A DNA stretch of 63,947 bases, the filler included. It is 14 parts of 14 records of this genome, joined end to end, with 100 filler letters (N's around TTAATTAATTAA, not from the genome) between each part and the next. Parts side by side here need not be neighbours in the genome. Positions count along the whole stretch, not along the records: positions 36,367 to 39,790 come from SRR7504441_62896; positions 39,891 to 47,719 come from SRR7504441_62911; positions 47,820 to 52,403 come from SRR7504441_62924; 11 more parts are not named here. One strand, 5' to 3'. The notes beneath the pieces were generated by a model. That model was not told the DNA's origin and searched no databases. It worked only from the letters and a program-made list of their open reading frames with translations. Shown here in pieces: positions 37,963-49,056 of the stretch (position 1 is its first letter; each line of letters opens with the position of its first letter). The translations under genes and the position numbers were made by a program.

Positions 37963-39620
37963 ATGTCCGGTCAGGCTGAGACCCTCAAGCTGGGCCAGGC
38001 ATGCATCCTGAACGTGGGGGACACCAAACAGGAGCTGGAGCGCAACTTCAGCTTCCTGCGGCTGGCCAAGTCCCGGGCCCGGGTGGGCAAGTACGGCCAG
38101 TGCGACGTGTCGGCGCTGGAGGGCGCGGCCTGGGGCACTTTCTTCCAACTCAAAGAGGCCAAGCTGCACGGGCCGCTCACCAAGCAGGCCGCGCACAGCA
38201 TCGACAAGCAGGCGCTGGTGGCACTGGCTGGCGGGAGTGGTCAGAACAACAAGACGATCTACGGAGACGGCAGCCCGGCCGGGCCTGGCTGTGGCCGAGC
38301 CCGGGCAGGGGAGGCGGCCCAGGCGGCAGACGTCAACAAGCTCAAGGAGCAGGCGCCGGGCGGGGGACGGGCAGGGGCGAGCCGGGGCAGGGGGCTGGTG
38401 GGGCTGAGATCCTGGAGAAGCTGGTCGAGAACAGCTCGACCTTCGCCCAACGGACAAAGTTCTCGCAGGCAAACGGCCGGCTCGCCGGGTCCCACCCTCG
38501 GCTCAGGAGAAGTTCATGAACCAGAAGCAGCGCAAGCACGCACCGGTGCCCGGCTGCTCCGGCGGGGGCCAGCGCCCGGCAGGTTGTTGAGCTGATTCGA
38601 CCGTCGGCCAGGACGATATGCGAGGCGTGCCGCCGCCCGGGCCGGCAGGCGAGGCCGGTGCAGGCGGCTCTGGCCAAGTTCGCGAGCAAGACGATTGGGA
38701 TGCGCCAGGATTCACTCTCCCAGATCCTGCAGCTGTCCAACGTGGCGGCTGGGATGCGCGTGCTTGTGCGGGCTGCCCCGGCCTGCCATCGAGAGGAGGG
38801 CAGGTGATTGATGGCACGTCCGGGCTGGTAGCTGGGGCGGTGGCCGAGCGGCTTGCGGGGCTCGGGCGGCTGCTGGTTGGCACCACGGTGCAGTGGCAGC
38901 CGGAACAGGCAATCTTCCAGTGGTTCAACCTGCCAGAGCCGCACCAGGCCATCATCCGCTGGTGAGCGCACCAGCCACAGGCCGAGGCCCAGCCGTGCCC
39001 GCAGGTTCTTCGCAGGGCCCATGATCGCCCAGGCGTCCCAGCCACCTGTGCCAGAACAGCCGGCAGCTGAGCAGCCGGCGGCGGCTGAGCAGCCAGCGGC
39101 AGCTGAGAAGCCAGGACTGAGTGCAGAGGAGCAGGAAGCCCGGCGCAAGTATATCGAGGACAAGCAGGCCCGGCGGGCGGCCAAACAGGCCGCTGAGCAG
39201 CAGCTCAAGGCCGAGCTTGACGCCGGGCTCGACTCTCTCATAGTCTGCCTGTCTGCCAGCCCTATGGAGGCGTTCTGGGCGTTTGTGTCCCGGCTGCGGT
39301 ATGGGAGCCCGTTTGTGATCTACAGCGAATACCTCGAGCCGCTGTCCGAGGGGCTGCACCAGATGAGGACTCGCCGGTGTGCGGTCCGGCTACAGCTGCA
39401 GGAGACCTGGTTTCGGGAGTACCAAGTGCTCCCGGAGCGCACGCATCCAGTGATGAGTACATCAGCCAGCGGTGGATTTATCCTGAGCGGCATCTACGTG
39501 GATAGCTCAGGCGAAAAACCGATCACCAAGAAGCGCAAGACGGACCCCAAGATAGCAGCTGCTCCGATGGATGAGGTGCCTCCGGCGGCCACGAACGAGC
39601 CCCCCGCACCGAGTTCCTAA
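37963..39620 (+). CDS. TRM6: tRNA m1A58 methyltransferase non-catalytic subunit (Gcd10)
   Basis: EILEKLVENSSTFAQRTKFSQ|EKF..KQRKH, MRQDSLSQILQLSNV, GLVAGAVAERL, FVIYSEYLEPL, ETWFREYQVLPERTHPVM..SGGFILSG. Confidence 0.93.
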
Positions 39621-39890
39621 TAAACAAGCCAGCTCTAAACATCTATGCGTGCTCCCAATAAACATTGATAAACCCTGCTGCTATGTATGCACTATGTATG
39701 TGATCATGATTGGACACTATGATACGCACTTGTATATACGCACTGCACGTATCACGACTAAATAATCAGTGTTGAAAGTAACGTAATTCCNNNNNNNNNN
39801 NNNNNNNNNNNNNNNNNNNNNNNNNNNNNNNNNNTTAATTAATTAANNNNNNNNNNNNNNNNNNNNNNNNNNNNNNNNNNNNNNNNNNNN

Positions 39891-40618
39891 TCCAACTGGT
39901 CAGCATCCTGTCTAACTTGCTCCTGCACTTGCTCAGCCTGACTGCACGCCTCTGTGCTCGCCCGCTCCGCCTCCAGCCGCTCCAGCTCGGCCGCCCTCTT
40001 TGCTAACTCCTCGCTGGCCATGCAGTACTGCTTCCGGACGGTCTCAAGTGCCTCGCCCATCGCCCGGCACTCCTGCTGCGCCAGCTCCAGCGCCTCGCCC
40101 TGCCCCTTGCTCTCCCTCCGCGCCTGATCGAGCTCGCGCTCCCCCTCGCGCAGCCTCTCCTCCAGCACTGCCACTCGCTCCCCGCTTGCCCGCTCAGCGG
40201 CCTCCGCCCGCTCCAGTCGCTCCAACTCTACGGCCGCAGCTGTGGGCTCAGTCACCCCCGCAGCCGGGTTTTCAGGGCCGCCCGGCGCCAGGTCACCCGC
40301 TGCGGAGTCTTCAGGGTCGCGCTCGGCGGGCTCTTCAGGGCCGCAAGCGCCGCGGATCCGCTCGAGCTGAGCAAACTGGAGCTGGGCCAGCTGGAGCTGG
40401 GCGTCGCTAAGCTGGAGCTGCAGCTCGGCCAGGCCCTCGGCCGCGGGGGGCGGCTCGCTCTCCAGCCGGGCTATCTCAGCCAGGAAGACGGCCTCCCGCT
40501 TGGCCGTGGCCTCTTGCACTTTGACGGCTGCGGCCAGCTCCCGGCTCAGCAGCCGTCGGAGCCCCAGGCTCTCCAGCAGGAGCTGGTCCGACCGCCGCCG
40601 GCCCTCAGGGCCGGCCAT
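39891..40618 (-). CDS. Coiled-coil protein (3'-truncated)
   Basis: Glu/Leu/Arg heptads running to the contig edge; start codon inferred. Confidence 0.55.
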
Positions 40619-40748
40619 CCACGCTAAGGCTGCTGCTCCACCGGGACTGCCGCCGTCTGCCGGTTGGGGGCGCGATTTCTTCAGGAGTTTCTCCGGACTT
40701 TCGTCGCGCACGGCCGGGTTGCCTGGCCCCGGGTCAAGGCCACGGGAA

Positions 40749-43700
40749 ATGCTGACTGTGCCTGCGGCGTTCTCTCCGGACTGGTGGTGCGCCCAGTTCC
40801 CGCCGGTGGCCAGCGCCGACGCCCAGTGCGGGCTGTCGGCCGGGCCGAGCGGTGCCAACGCGCTGTTCCTGCTCTTAGCCAGCGGCTGGGCGCTGTTCGG
40901 TCGCCGGAGCCGAGCCCCGCACCCGTGGAGCGTCCGCGGGCTGTACCTGGCCGGAGCGCTGGCGGCTGGTGTGGGGGCTCTCGCGAGCTGGGCGGACGGG
41001 CGGACAGCTGTCGGGTGGATCGACCCGGCGCTGTGCGCGGCCGCCGGGCTGCTAGGATGCGGGCTTTCCGGCAGCGCGGTGCAGCGGCTCCCAGTGTGGC
41101 TAGCGCTCGGATGGAGCATCGCGCTCGTGCCAGCGATCGCGGTGGCGCTGCTCGAGCCGTGCAGTCAGCTGGGATCTTCGGTGTCGAGCCAGGCGATCCA
41201 ACTGGCCGCACGAGGGCTGGCGGGCTGCGCGCAGGTGGGCCTGCTGTGGCGTGCGCTGTGGCTTGAACGGCGATGGTACAATTACAGCGCGCTGCAGGCC
41301 GAGGCGAAGGGTGAGGTAGAAGCGAGTCCAGAATGCTCGCTGTTCGACCAGGCAACGATTCGGTGGATGACGCCGCTGATGGCCGCTGGCCGCACCCGAC
41401 CTTTGCAACAGGCCGACATCCCCGAGCTGCAGCCGGTTTATAAGTGCGACTACAACAGTGAAATGCTGTCGAGGGCAGCTGTAAGAAGCGACGGGTCTCC
41501 AGCTCTGCTGCTCGGCCTGCACCGATGCTATGGCCCTGTCTACTATTGCTGTGGGCTGCTGGCTCTCTTTTCGGCTGCTTGCGACTTCACTGGTCCCGTC
41601 GTCCTGAAGATGTTTGTGCAGAAGGCCGACAAAGGACAAGCCGAACTGGTCAACACGTGGCCAATTCTGGTGCTGCTGGCCGCGTCGAGAGTGGCCAAGG
41701 CGCTCTTTTCTACTCACTTCTCATTCGCTCAAGACCGAGTGGGGGTCCGCGCTGTCGGCGGGCTCAAGGGCTGCGTGTTTGCGAAGGCGCTGCGGCTCTC
41801 GCAACGATCCCGCCAGCTGAAAAGCACGGGCGATGTGGTCAATTTCTACACGGTGGACATCAATCGAGTGTCGTATGCATTTCTGGCTATGCACAACCTA
41901 TGGCTGCTCCCTCTGGAGATTGCAGTTGCGATGTTTCTGCTCTATGACGTGGTCGGGTGCGGCTTGCGTTTTCGTGCGCCTGAGCTTTGTTGTGTGTGCA
42001 GTGTATCTATGTTTGCTGGGGTAGGCGCGATTGTCATCATCTTGCTCGGGAATGCCTATCTTGCCCGCAAAATGCGATCCGCATCCGACAGCGTAATGAA
42101 GTGCAAAGATGAGAGGATGGAGGTGTTGCACCAGGTGTTTGCTTCGATCCTCAACATTAAACTCAACGCATCCGAGTCGCTGGTGCAAGAGCAAGTGCTC
42201 GAAGTGAGAGGACGGGAGTTGGTCCATGTCCGGCAAGTGCTGCTCATCGGGGCCCTGAATGTCTTCTTACTTTGGCTTGCGCCGTTAGTCGTGTCATCGG
42301 TGACATTCGCGGTTTACGCCGTCCTCATGCGAGGTGATATCTCGCCAGCCAGGGTGTTCACAGCATTGGCGTTGTTCCGCCTGCTCCAGGAGCCACTCCG
42401 GTCACTGCCAGGCTTCATAATACAGCTGGTTCAAGCCAAGGTTTCACTGGAGCGTCTGGATGATTTTTTATTACTCGAGGAGCGTAATCCGAGCAATATG
42501 ACTCGAGAGTGTTCCAGCGCTCAGGGCGAGCCTGTGGTTGAGGTTACGGGAGCTAGCTTTGCTTGGGAGGATGCCTTGTCGCTTGAAGACGTTGAGCTTG
42601 TGGTTGGCCGTGGCGACCTCTGTATCATCAGCGGCCCAGTAGGTACCGGCAAGAGCACAATGCTTCTCTCTATCCTCGGCGAAGTGCCCCGAAAGTCCGG
42701 GGATGGATGGCTTAGGGCCAATAAGATTGGCTACGCGTCCCAAGTGCCATGGATTCAAAACGCGTCATTGCGAGAGAACATCCTGCTCGGGCGCCCTTTT
42801 AACACAGATCGCTACAACAGTGTGCTGAGGGCGTGTTCCCTCCTAGAGGACATCAAGCAACTTGGCGGCGATGAAATCGAAATTGGGGAAAAGGGCCTGA
42901 CATTATCTGGTGGGCAGCGAGCTCGAGTTGCACTGGCCCGGGCAGTGTACGAGGAGGCAGATCTGTACATCCTCGATGATGTCCTCGCTGCTGTTGATGC
43001 GCATGTAGCGCAGTGGATATTCCAGCAGTGCGTGTGCAAGCTACTTCGTAATGCGGCTGTTTTGTTGGTCTCCCACCACCCTGATGTGATCGCTTATGAC
43101 AATGTCGATGTCAGAGTTTCGGTGGATTCAGGAAGATGCAAAGTCAGTCGCCATGCAAGGCAGTCGCAAAGCAAGAGCAAGACAAGTCCTGAAAGGGAGG
43201 ATGCAGACCAGGTTCAGGTGACTAGTAGTGGTGGGAACGCTGTGACTACAGCCGAGGAGCGAGAGGTCGGGAAGGTCACATGGCGAGTGTATAAAGAATA
43301 TATGACAAATGCTGGTGGCTGTGCCGCTGCTGTATTCCTCGTCATTGTCCAGACATCATGGCAAGGGCTGACCGTAGGTTCAGACTGGTGGCTGAATAAA
43401 TGGTCGAGCATGCCGAAGGACGACCAACGGCATCACCTTGTGGAGTACTTGGCACTTTACAGTGGTCTTGCCCTGGGCAGCGGAATGCTCGTTTTGGCGA
43501 GGACTCTGTGTGTTGCCATCAATGGGCTCCAGGGTGCGCGCATAGTTTTCGAAAAAGCGCTAGGATCACTTCTGAAGGCTCCAATGTCCTGGTTCAATGC
43601 AAATCCGACTGGCAGAATTCTGAATAGACTCGCTGATGATCAAGCCAAAATAGACACCAACTTGCCGTTTGGATTTGGATCGACACTGGCATGCTCATTC

Positions 43701-45060
43701 TCTCTCGCGGGTACCCTTATTGTAGCTTGTGTTGTCACCAAGTATCTGCCTCTAGTGCTCCTACCGGCAGCATACATGTACTACAAGGTAGGACATTTTT
43801 ATCTGGCCAGCAGCAGAGAGATCCAGAGACTCCAACAGGTGCTTAGCAATACATCAATTGCTATTACTGAGATGTATGCCCTGGCAGATATCGCAGTCTC
43901 CGGTTTTGTCCTTCCTTTCCACGACCATAGAGGGTGTTACCTCTCTCCGAGCGTTTGGCCCTTGGGCAACGGATCAATTTATGGCGTCACATGCTGCTCT
44001 CCTGGATCTGAATAACAGTGTCAACTTTGCGAATTACGGCGCATACAACTGGTTCATTCTGAGGATACAACTTCTTGGAACATTGATTCTGGTTGCGATC
44101 TCACTTTTTCTATGTCTGGAGCATGGGGCTTTATCGGGTGGTCTGGTCGGTCTTGCCTTTTCGTACGGCCTGAGCGTGGATGATGGCCTCCAATCCTTGG
44201 TAACAGTGTTTGCGTGGCTTGAAAATTCGATGGTCAGCCCCGAGAGGCTGCAGCAATATGTGGATCTGCCTTCCGAGCCCGACTGTGACATCATAGACCA
44301 ACGGATACCCGCTGACTGGCCGGCATCTGGTCAACTCTCTTTCCGGGACGTCTCCTTTCGATATACAGAAGATGGCGATGACGTGCTCCGCGGTGTCAGT
44401 TTCGAGGTCGCCGCAGGGCAGCGGGTTGGGATCGTAGGTAGGACTGGCGCCGGCAAGTCATCGTTGATCATGGCCTTATTCAGGGTCCAGCCCATCAGGG
44501 CCGGCCAGATGCTGCTTGATGGGATCGACATACAGAAAATTAGCCTCCAGTTGCTCAGGTCCCGGATAAGCATTGTGCCGCAGAATCCCGTGATGTGGAA
44601 AGGCTCCATAGCTAGCAATCTCGACCCGTTTGGGCAGCATGACGAAGCGAGACTGTGGCAAGTTCTCCGTCTCGCTGGTTTAAAAGGCTGGGTGGAGACA
44701 CTAGAAGGAGGAATTGCGTATGAAATTGCCAGTGAGGGCTCAAATCTGTCAGTTGGGCAGCGGCAGCTCCTTTGCATGTGCAAGGTCTTGCTACAGCCGT
44801 CCCAGGTTGTTGTTCTGGACGAAGCCACCGCGTCCTTGGACTCCGAGTCGGACAGCTCACTGCAAGGTATGATTAGGAACGAGTTCAAAGGATCGACCAT
44901 GATAACAATCGCGCACAGAATCGACACCGTGTGCGATTCCGACAAGATCATTGTTATGGATAATGGTCAGATAGTTGAGAACGCGCCTCCGCAGGAACTT
45001 TTGGGTGATGCGAATAGCGCCTTTGCGGCGTTCGCTCGCGAGGCTGGGTCCTCGTTTTAG
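40749..45060 (+). CDS. ABC transporter subfamily C (MRP-like)
   Basis: TMD1, NBD1 (GPVGTGKS, LSGGQRAR, ILDD), TMD2, NBD2 (GRTGAGKSS, LSVGQRQL, LDEATA); introns near 41957-42001 and 43839-43888. Confidence 0.95.
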
Positions 45061-45164
45061 TGCTGGGCAATAAAGGGCGTTCATCTCAGCTTTATTTAGA
45101 AGTGGAGGTCCTACCGGGATTGCTGGGAGATAAAGGTTTTATTTAACAATGAGATCGACCTGAG

Positions 45165-46349
45165 TTAGTCGCCGAGCTCTTGTAGACACCGGTCCACTCT
45201 TTTAACAAACCCAATCGATGCGGTGAGGTCTTTGTAAGGCAATCCACAATTGGGGTTAGCTGCCCGCTTTTCAAAGGCCTCGAGCGACGCATCCTTGAAG
45301 AAATGACCAAACACAATGCGTGCATAGTCCACCACAGCCAGCGCGTAGTGCCGCTGAGCCACTTCCCACGTGAAATCGGAAGCACGCTCCGCCGGAAGCC
45401 CCTCAACTAGTGCATCATAGTAGCACCGAAGCAGCTCAAGCTCACCAGCTCCCTCCAGCGCCTCGGCCGCGACGCTGTGGCTGAGGTGCATGGCCACGTC
45501 GGACATGCCGTACCCGATTGAGGTCCACTGGAAGTCAATCAGCACTGCAGGACGATCCCCAGCCATAAAAAACATATTCATCGCCTTGGCGTCCCCGTGC
45601 ACCAGGCACGCAAAACGATCCCCCGGGCCGGGAGACAGCTGGGCTGCAGCCGCCTCGCTCTGCCGCCGGACTCTGGCCCCGAGTTCCTGAGTGCTCGGCA
45701 TCGCGAACCAGTCTGGTGCGAGGTGCCCAAAGCTCTGGACAAAAGCAGGCCAGAACCGCTCGCACTGCTCCAACTCGTCCCGCCCACGCACCTCCAGGGC
45801 CCAGTAGCCCGCCCGCGGGTGCAGTTCGGCCGCCGCTCGGGCTAGAAGCTCACGGTCCTCCCAGGTGGCAGCGTGCAGAGCGGCCAGCGACCGGAGTGAC
45901 TGCTGTGCCTCGTGCCGGAGCGGCGAGGACTGGGACCCGTCCACGCACTCGAGCAGAAACAAGTAGCCGTTTTCGGCCCGCACCACTGCCTCGTCGGTGC
46001 GCCCTCCGGTTCGGGCCTCGATGTGCAGCGCTCGCGGGGAGGGTACCCCTCGCTGCAGCAGCTCGGGCGCGAAGTGCTGGTAAAAGATGGCTTCGTTCCT
46101 GTTGCTGTCCAGGTCCCGCAGCAGCCCCCGGAGCGGCTTGGACGGGAGCCGGGCCCCGACCACCGTCTTGAGGAACACCCGCTGTGTCTGGCCGGGCCCA
46201 AAGCACAGGTCGAGCTGAAGCCCGCTCGACTGGCCTGTGTCGATCGCCGAGCTCCGCAGCGGCTCAACCCCGTCGCACCGTCGGCCGAGCACCCTGCTGA
46301 ACCAGTCGCTGTCCAAAGGCCGCCCAGCCGAGTCCACAACCAGCTCCAT
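45165..46349 (-). CDS. Ecdysteroid-kinase-like / APH-family phosphotransferase
   Basis: VFLK, NEAIFY, LAALHA..W, LVHGDAKAMN, LIDFQW..G.GMSDVA. Confidence 0.85.
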   Translation of the reverse strand: MELVVDSAGRPLDSDWFSRVLGRRCDGVEPLRSSAIDTGQSSGLQLDLCFGPGQTQRVFLKTVVGARLPSKPLRGLLRDLDSNRNEAIFYQHFAPELLQRGVPSPRALHIEARTGGRTDEAVVRAENGYLFLLECVDGSQSSPLRHEAQQSLRSLAALHAATWEDRELLARAAAELHPRAGYWALEVRGRDELEQCERFWPAFVQSFGHLAPDWFAMPSTQELGARVRRQSEAAAAQLSPGPGDRFACLVHGDAKAMNMFFMAGDRPAVLIDFQWTSIGYGMSDVAMHLSHSVAAEALEGAGELELLRCYYDALVEGLPAERASDFTWEVAQRHYALAVVDYARIVFGHFFKDASLEAFEKRAANPNCGLPYKDLTASIGFVKRVDRCLQELGD

Positions 46350-46428
46350 GAGCCGTCTGACCGCTCCGGCGGAGCGTGCCAGTGCAGCGGGTGGCAGTGG
46401 CGCCGAAAGTCGGCGAAAGTCAACCCAC

Positions 46429-47171
46429 ATGGCCACCACTACTGTGGAGGTGTGGCAGCGCGCTAGTAGGTCGGGCGGGCCTTGAGGGTGGGGCTCCCAG
46501 GTGCTGAGAGGGCACCAGCTCCGATGGGCAGTGGGCACTGGCGAGCAACTGGTTTCGGACTCGCTCTGGGCAGACCAGCCGGCGCTGCTGCTGCTGGTCC
46601 GGAGGCCTGGCTGATCTCTTTGCATCGCCGAGGCCTCGGACTTTGCCGCTCGTCGGGCCGAGTTTGAGGCGCTGGGCGTCAAGCTTTACGCGGTGACCCA
46701 CCAGATGGAGAGCCTGCAGCTGCTCCAGAACGTGTGGCGGGACGACCAATCCATCGTGTTGGACCAGGAGAAAAACCTGTACTTGGCGGTCGGCGGGCGC
46801 AAGTTGTCGCTCTGCTCGGCGTGCTGCTCCATCTGCTCGTTGATCTGCAAGTTCAACGCGTCGGAGCGCAAGCTTAAGGACCGCGGCCAAGAGGAGGGCA
46901 ACCTCAAGGGTAAAAGCCCCGCAACCCAATGAGCCGGCGGCAGGGGACGGCAACTGGCTCGGAGGAGTCCTGGTCGTGGCCGGGACGGAGGTGGTGTTTG
47001 AGAGCTTGGTGCGCCCGGGCTTTGCTTGCATTGACCCGCCGCAGGAAGACGAGTTGGGGGACGCATGTGATCCGGTGAGGCGCCAGCGGCCGGCCCTGTG
47101 AGCCCGGCTGTCAGGCCTCGGTGATTCAAGCACTGCAAGATAGAGGGCCGAACCCTCACGCGGGACTATAG
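46429..47171 (+). CDS. Selenoprotein U / PRXL2A-like thioredoxin-fold protein (Sec at TGA 46612-46614), 5 exons
   Basis: SLWADQPALLLLVRRPG-TGA-SLCIAEA..LGVKLYAV; GNLK|GDGNWLGGVLVV; GT-AG introns from 46450-46500 onward; TAG stop at 47169-47171; SECIS downstream. Confidence 0.9.
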
Positions 47172-47246
47172 GCTGGGCCCGCCTATGTCGATGCGATGCC
47201 CGGTGGTTGTTACTCATGAGATGCGCGAAGCGCATACGTATTGTTG

Positions 47247-47320
47247 ACTCGATTCTGGCTTGATGACGCCCATCGACGCAACTAACCACAGAGTTGATGG
47301 ACCGAAGTAGCGAATCGAGT
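47247..47320 (+). promoter_or_regulatory. Eukaryotic SECIS element
   Basis: Helix I ACTCGATTC/GAATCGAGT; 5' ATGA core at 47263-47266 opposite a 3' GA; helix II GCCCATCGAC/GTTGATGGAC (one mismatch, one G-U); unpaired AA in the apical loop. Confidence 0.88.
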
Positions 47321-47442
47321 AGAAATACAGCAGTGTTTATAGGCATCTTTATGGGTTGACAGATTCATGCTCTATCTCCTCTCTCCTCTCGATATAGCGA
47401 GTATGTAGAAATTGTGCAGAACTTCAGGCTGACATTTCATGA

Positions 47443-47719
47443 TCAATGAGCCCCCACAGGCAGCGACCCAGGGGCGGGCATCCACGTGTGGATCACGGGG
47501 TACACCATATGAGTCTGGACCACCGGCAGCGCCCTTTGCTGCGCCTTGGCTACGTTCTCTGTCATGTCGATGAATACAAGCCGGTCGCCAGAATGCGCGC
47601 CGCGCTTTGCCTTCTTGTTGGCACGACTCTTAATGCATCCACCAACCACCGTCCAGGTGGCGTGCATCCGCGGCTTGCCGTCCTGATGTTGTCCGCCGCA
47701 CTCGCATCGGATCCGGACC
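47443..47719 (-). CDS. 3' fragment of a hypothetical protein with a CxCGGxH..H motif
   Basis: Frame open from the contig edge: VRIRCECGGQHQDGKPRMHATW... Confidence 0.45.
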
Positions 47720-47958
47720 NNNNNNNNNNNNNNNNNNNNNNNNNNNNNNNNNNNNNNNNNNNNTTAATTAATTAANNNNNNNNNNNNNNNNNNNNNNNNN
47801 NNNNNNNNNNNNNNNNNNNCTGTAATACAATAAACGAAAATCATACGGCCGATCAGCGGAGGACGTGAGGGCCAGTCGATAGACGGGACCATCCGGTCCG
47901 TGGCGCAGGCGACGACGCCGCCGCACCAGCACCAGCACCAGCACCAGGAGACAGCGCA

Positions 47959-48684
47959 ATGATCCAGCGGGTGGCAGCGGGCGGGCTGGCGGCGGTGGGG
48001 GGCTGGGGGGCGTACCAGGCGGTGTGCCGGCCGCTGCAGCTCGTTTGGGACCTGGACCATACTCTGCTCTGCTCAGTGCACCCCGTGGACCCTGCCGGCA
48101 CCGGCCACCTGGCAGCTGGACGGGACTACTTTGATCAAATCGACGACGACTTCGAGTTCAGCCCGGGCCAGCCCAACACCCGGACCTGCTGGCGGCCAGG
48201 AGCCCGCTCCGCCCTCTGGCTGCTCGGGCATCTGGCTACCCAGCACGTGTACACCGCGGCCCAGCAGAGCTACACCGAGAACATCCTGGCCGAGCTCGAC
48301 CCGACTGGTAGCATCTTCGCCTCAGTGACCCACCGGGACATTGTGCCGCACCACGAGTGGACCGCCGGGGCCGCGCGCGGCAAGCAGCTGCTGCATGTGG
48401 TGCCCGAGTCGGCGCTCGGGCGGACGGTGCTGTTCGACGATAAAGTGTACAACTTTGAGCCGCAGCCGCCGAACGGGGTGCACGTGCGGGGATTCACGGC
48501 CACTGACGTCGAGTTTGGGCGAGACGTGGAAATGGTCCGGCTGGTCGGGATCGCCGTGCTGGCGCTGCTGGCACCGGATGTGAGGAGCGTGCTCGTGTGG
48601 TTTCAGTCCCCGCGACACGCCAGGTTGTGCGAGCAGAAGCTCGCCTGCGTGAAAGGGGACGGTAGTGAGGATGCGCCGCGCTGA
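47959..48684 (+). CDS. HAD-family NIF/FCP1 (CTD small phosphatase-like) protein
   Basis: LVWDLDHTLL, RPG, VYTAA..Y...IL.ELDP, TVLFDD..NF..QP.NG. Confidence 0.85.
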   Translation: MIQRVAAGGLAAVGGWGAYQAVCRPLQLVWDLDHTLLCSVHPVDPAGTGHLAAGRDYFDQIDDDFEFSPGQPNTRTCWRPGARSALWLLGHLATQHVYTAAQQSYTENILAELDPTGSIFASVTHRDIVPHHEWTAGAARGKQLLHVVPESALGRTVLFDDKVYNFEPQPPNGVHVRGFTATDVEFGRDVEMVRLVGIAVLALLAPDVRSVLVWFQSPRHARLCEQKLACVKGDGSEDAPR

Positions 48685-49056
48685 TGATCTATCAATAATA
48701 TAGAATCGCTATGCTGGATACTTAAGTAGAATGCTCAATTGTATATAGGTCGGTAACTCCGGGGCGCGGCAACGCGATTTGACGCGTTTGACGACTTGAT
48801 TGCACTGTCGATGCTAGGCACGAACTGGTCCGGCCCGGTCAAGTCCTCGAGCATGCGCACCGCCGCGGTCATCTCGAGAGAGTCGCACAAGGCCGTGTTG
48901 GCCAGAGCCTTCTCCTCCTGGGCGAGAGCCCCTGCGCAGGGCATGCACAAGCAAGAGACCTACGAGACCTAGCGCAAGCCTCATTTTTTGGAGGCTGGAG
49001 CAGGATTAGCAATAAATAATATGTGTGCCGTTCGGACTTTATTCTTCATATCAGAA

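Noticed and set aside
43839-43888. Frameshift or pseudogene in the ABCC transporter, and similar ORF breaks in COPB1, DIS3L2 and the helicase
   Set aside because: Each break checked coincides with a short spliceosomal intron that restores conserved motifs.
46612-46614. Genome-wide TGA reassignment (variant genetic code)
   Set aside because: TGA ends other genes normally (4749, 7515, 17554, 58163); readthrough is seen only in the gene that has a SECIS.
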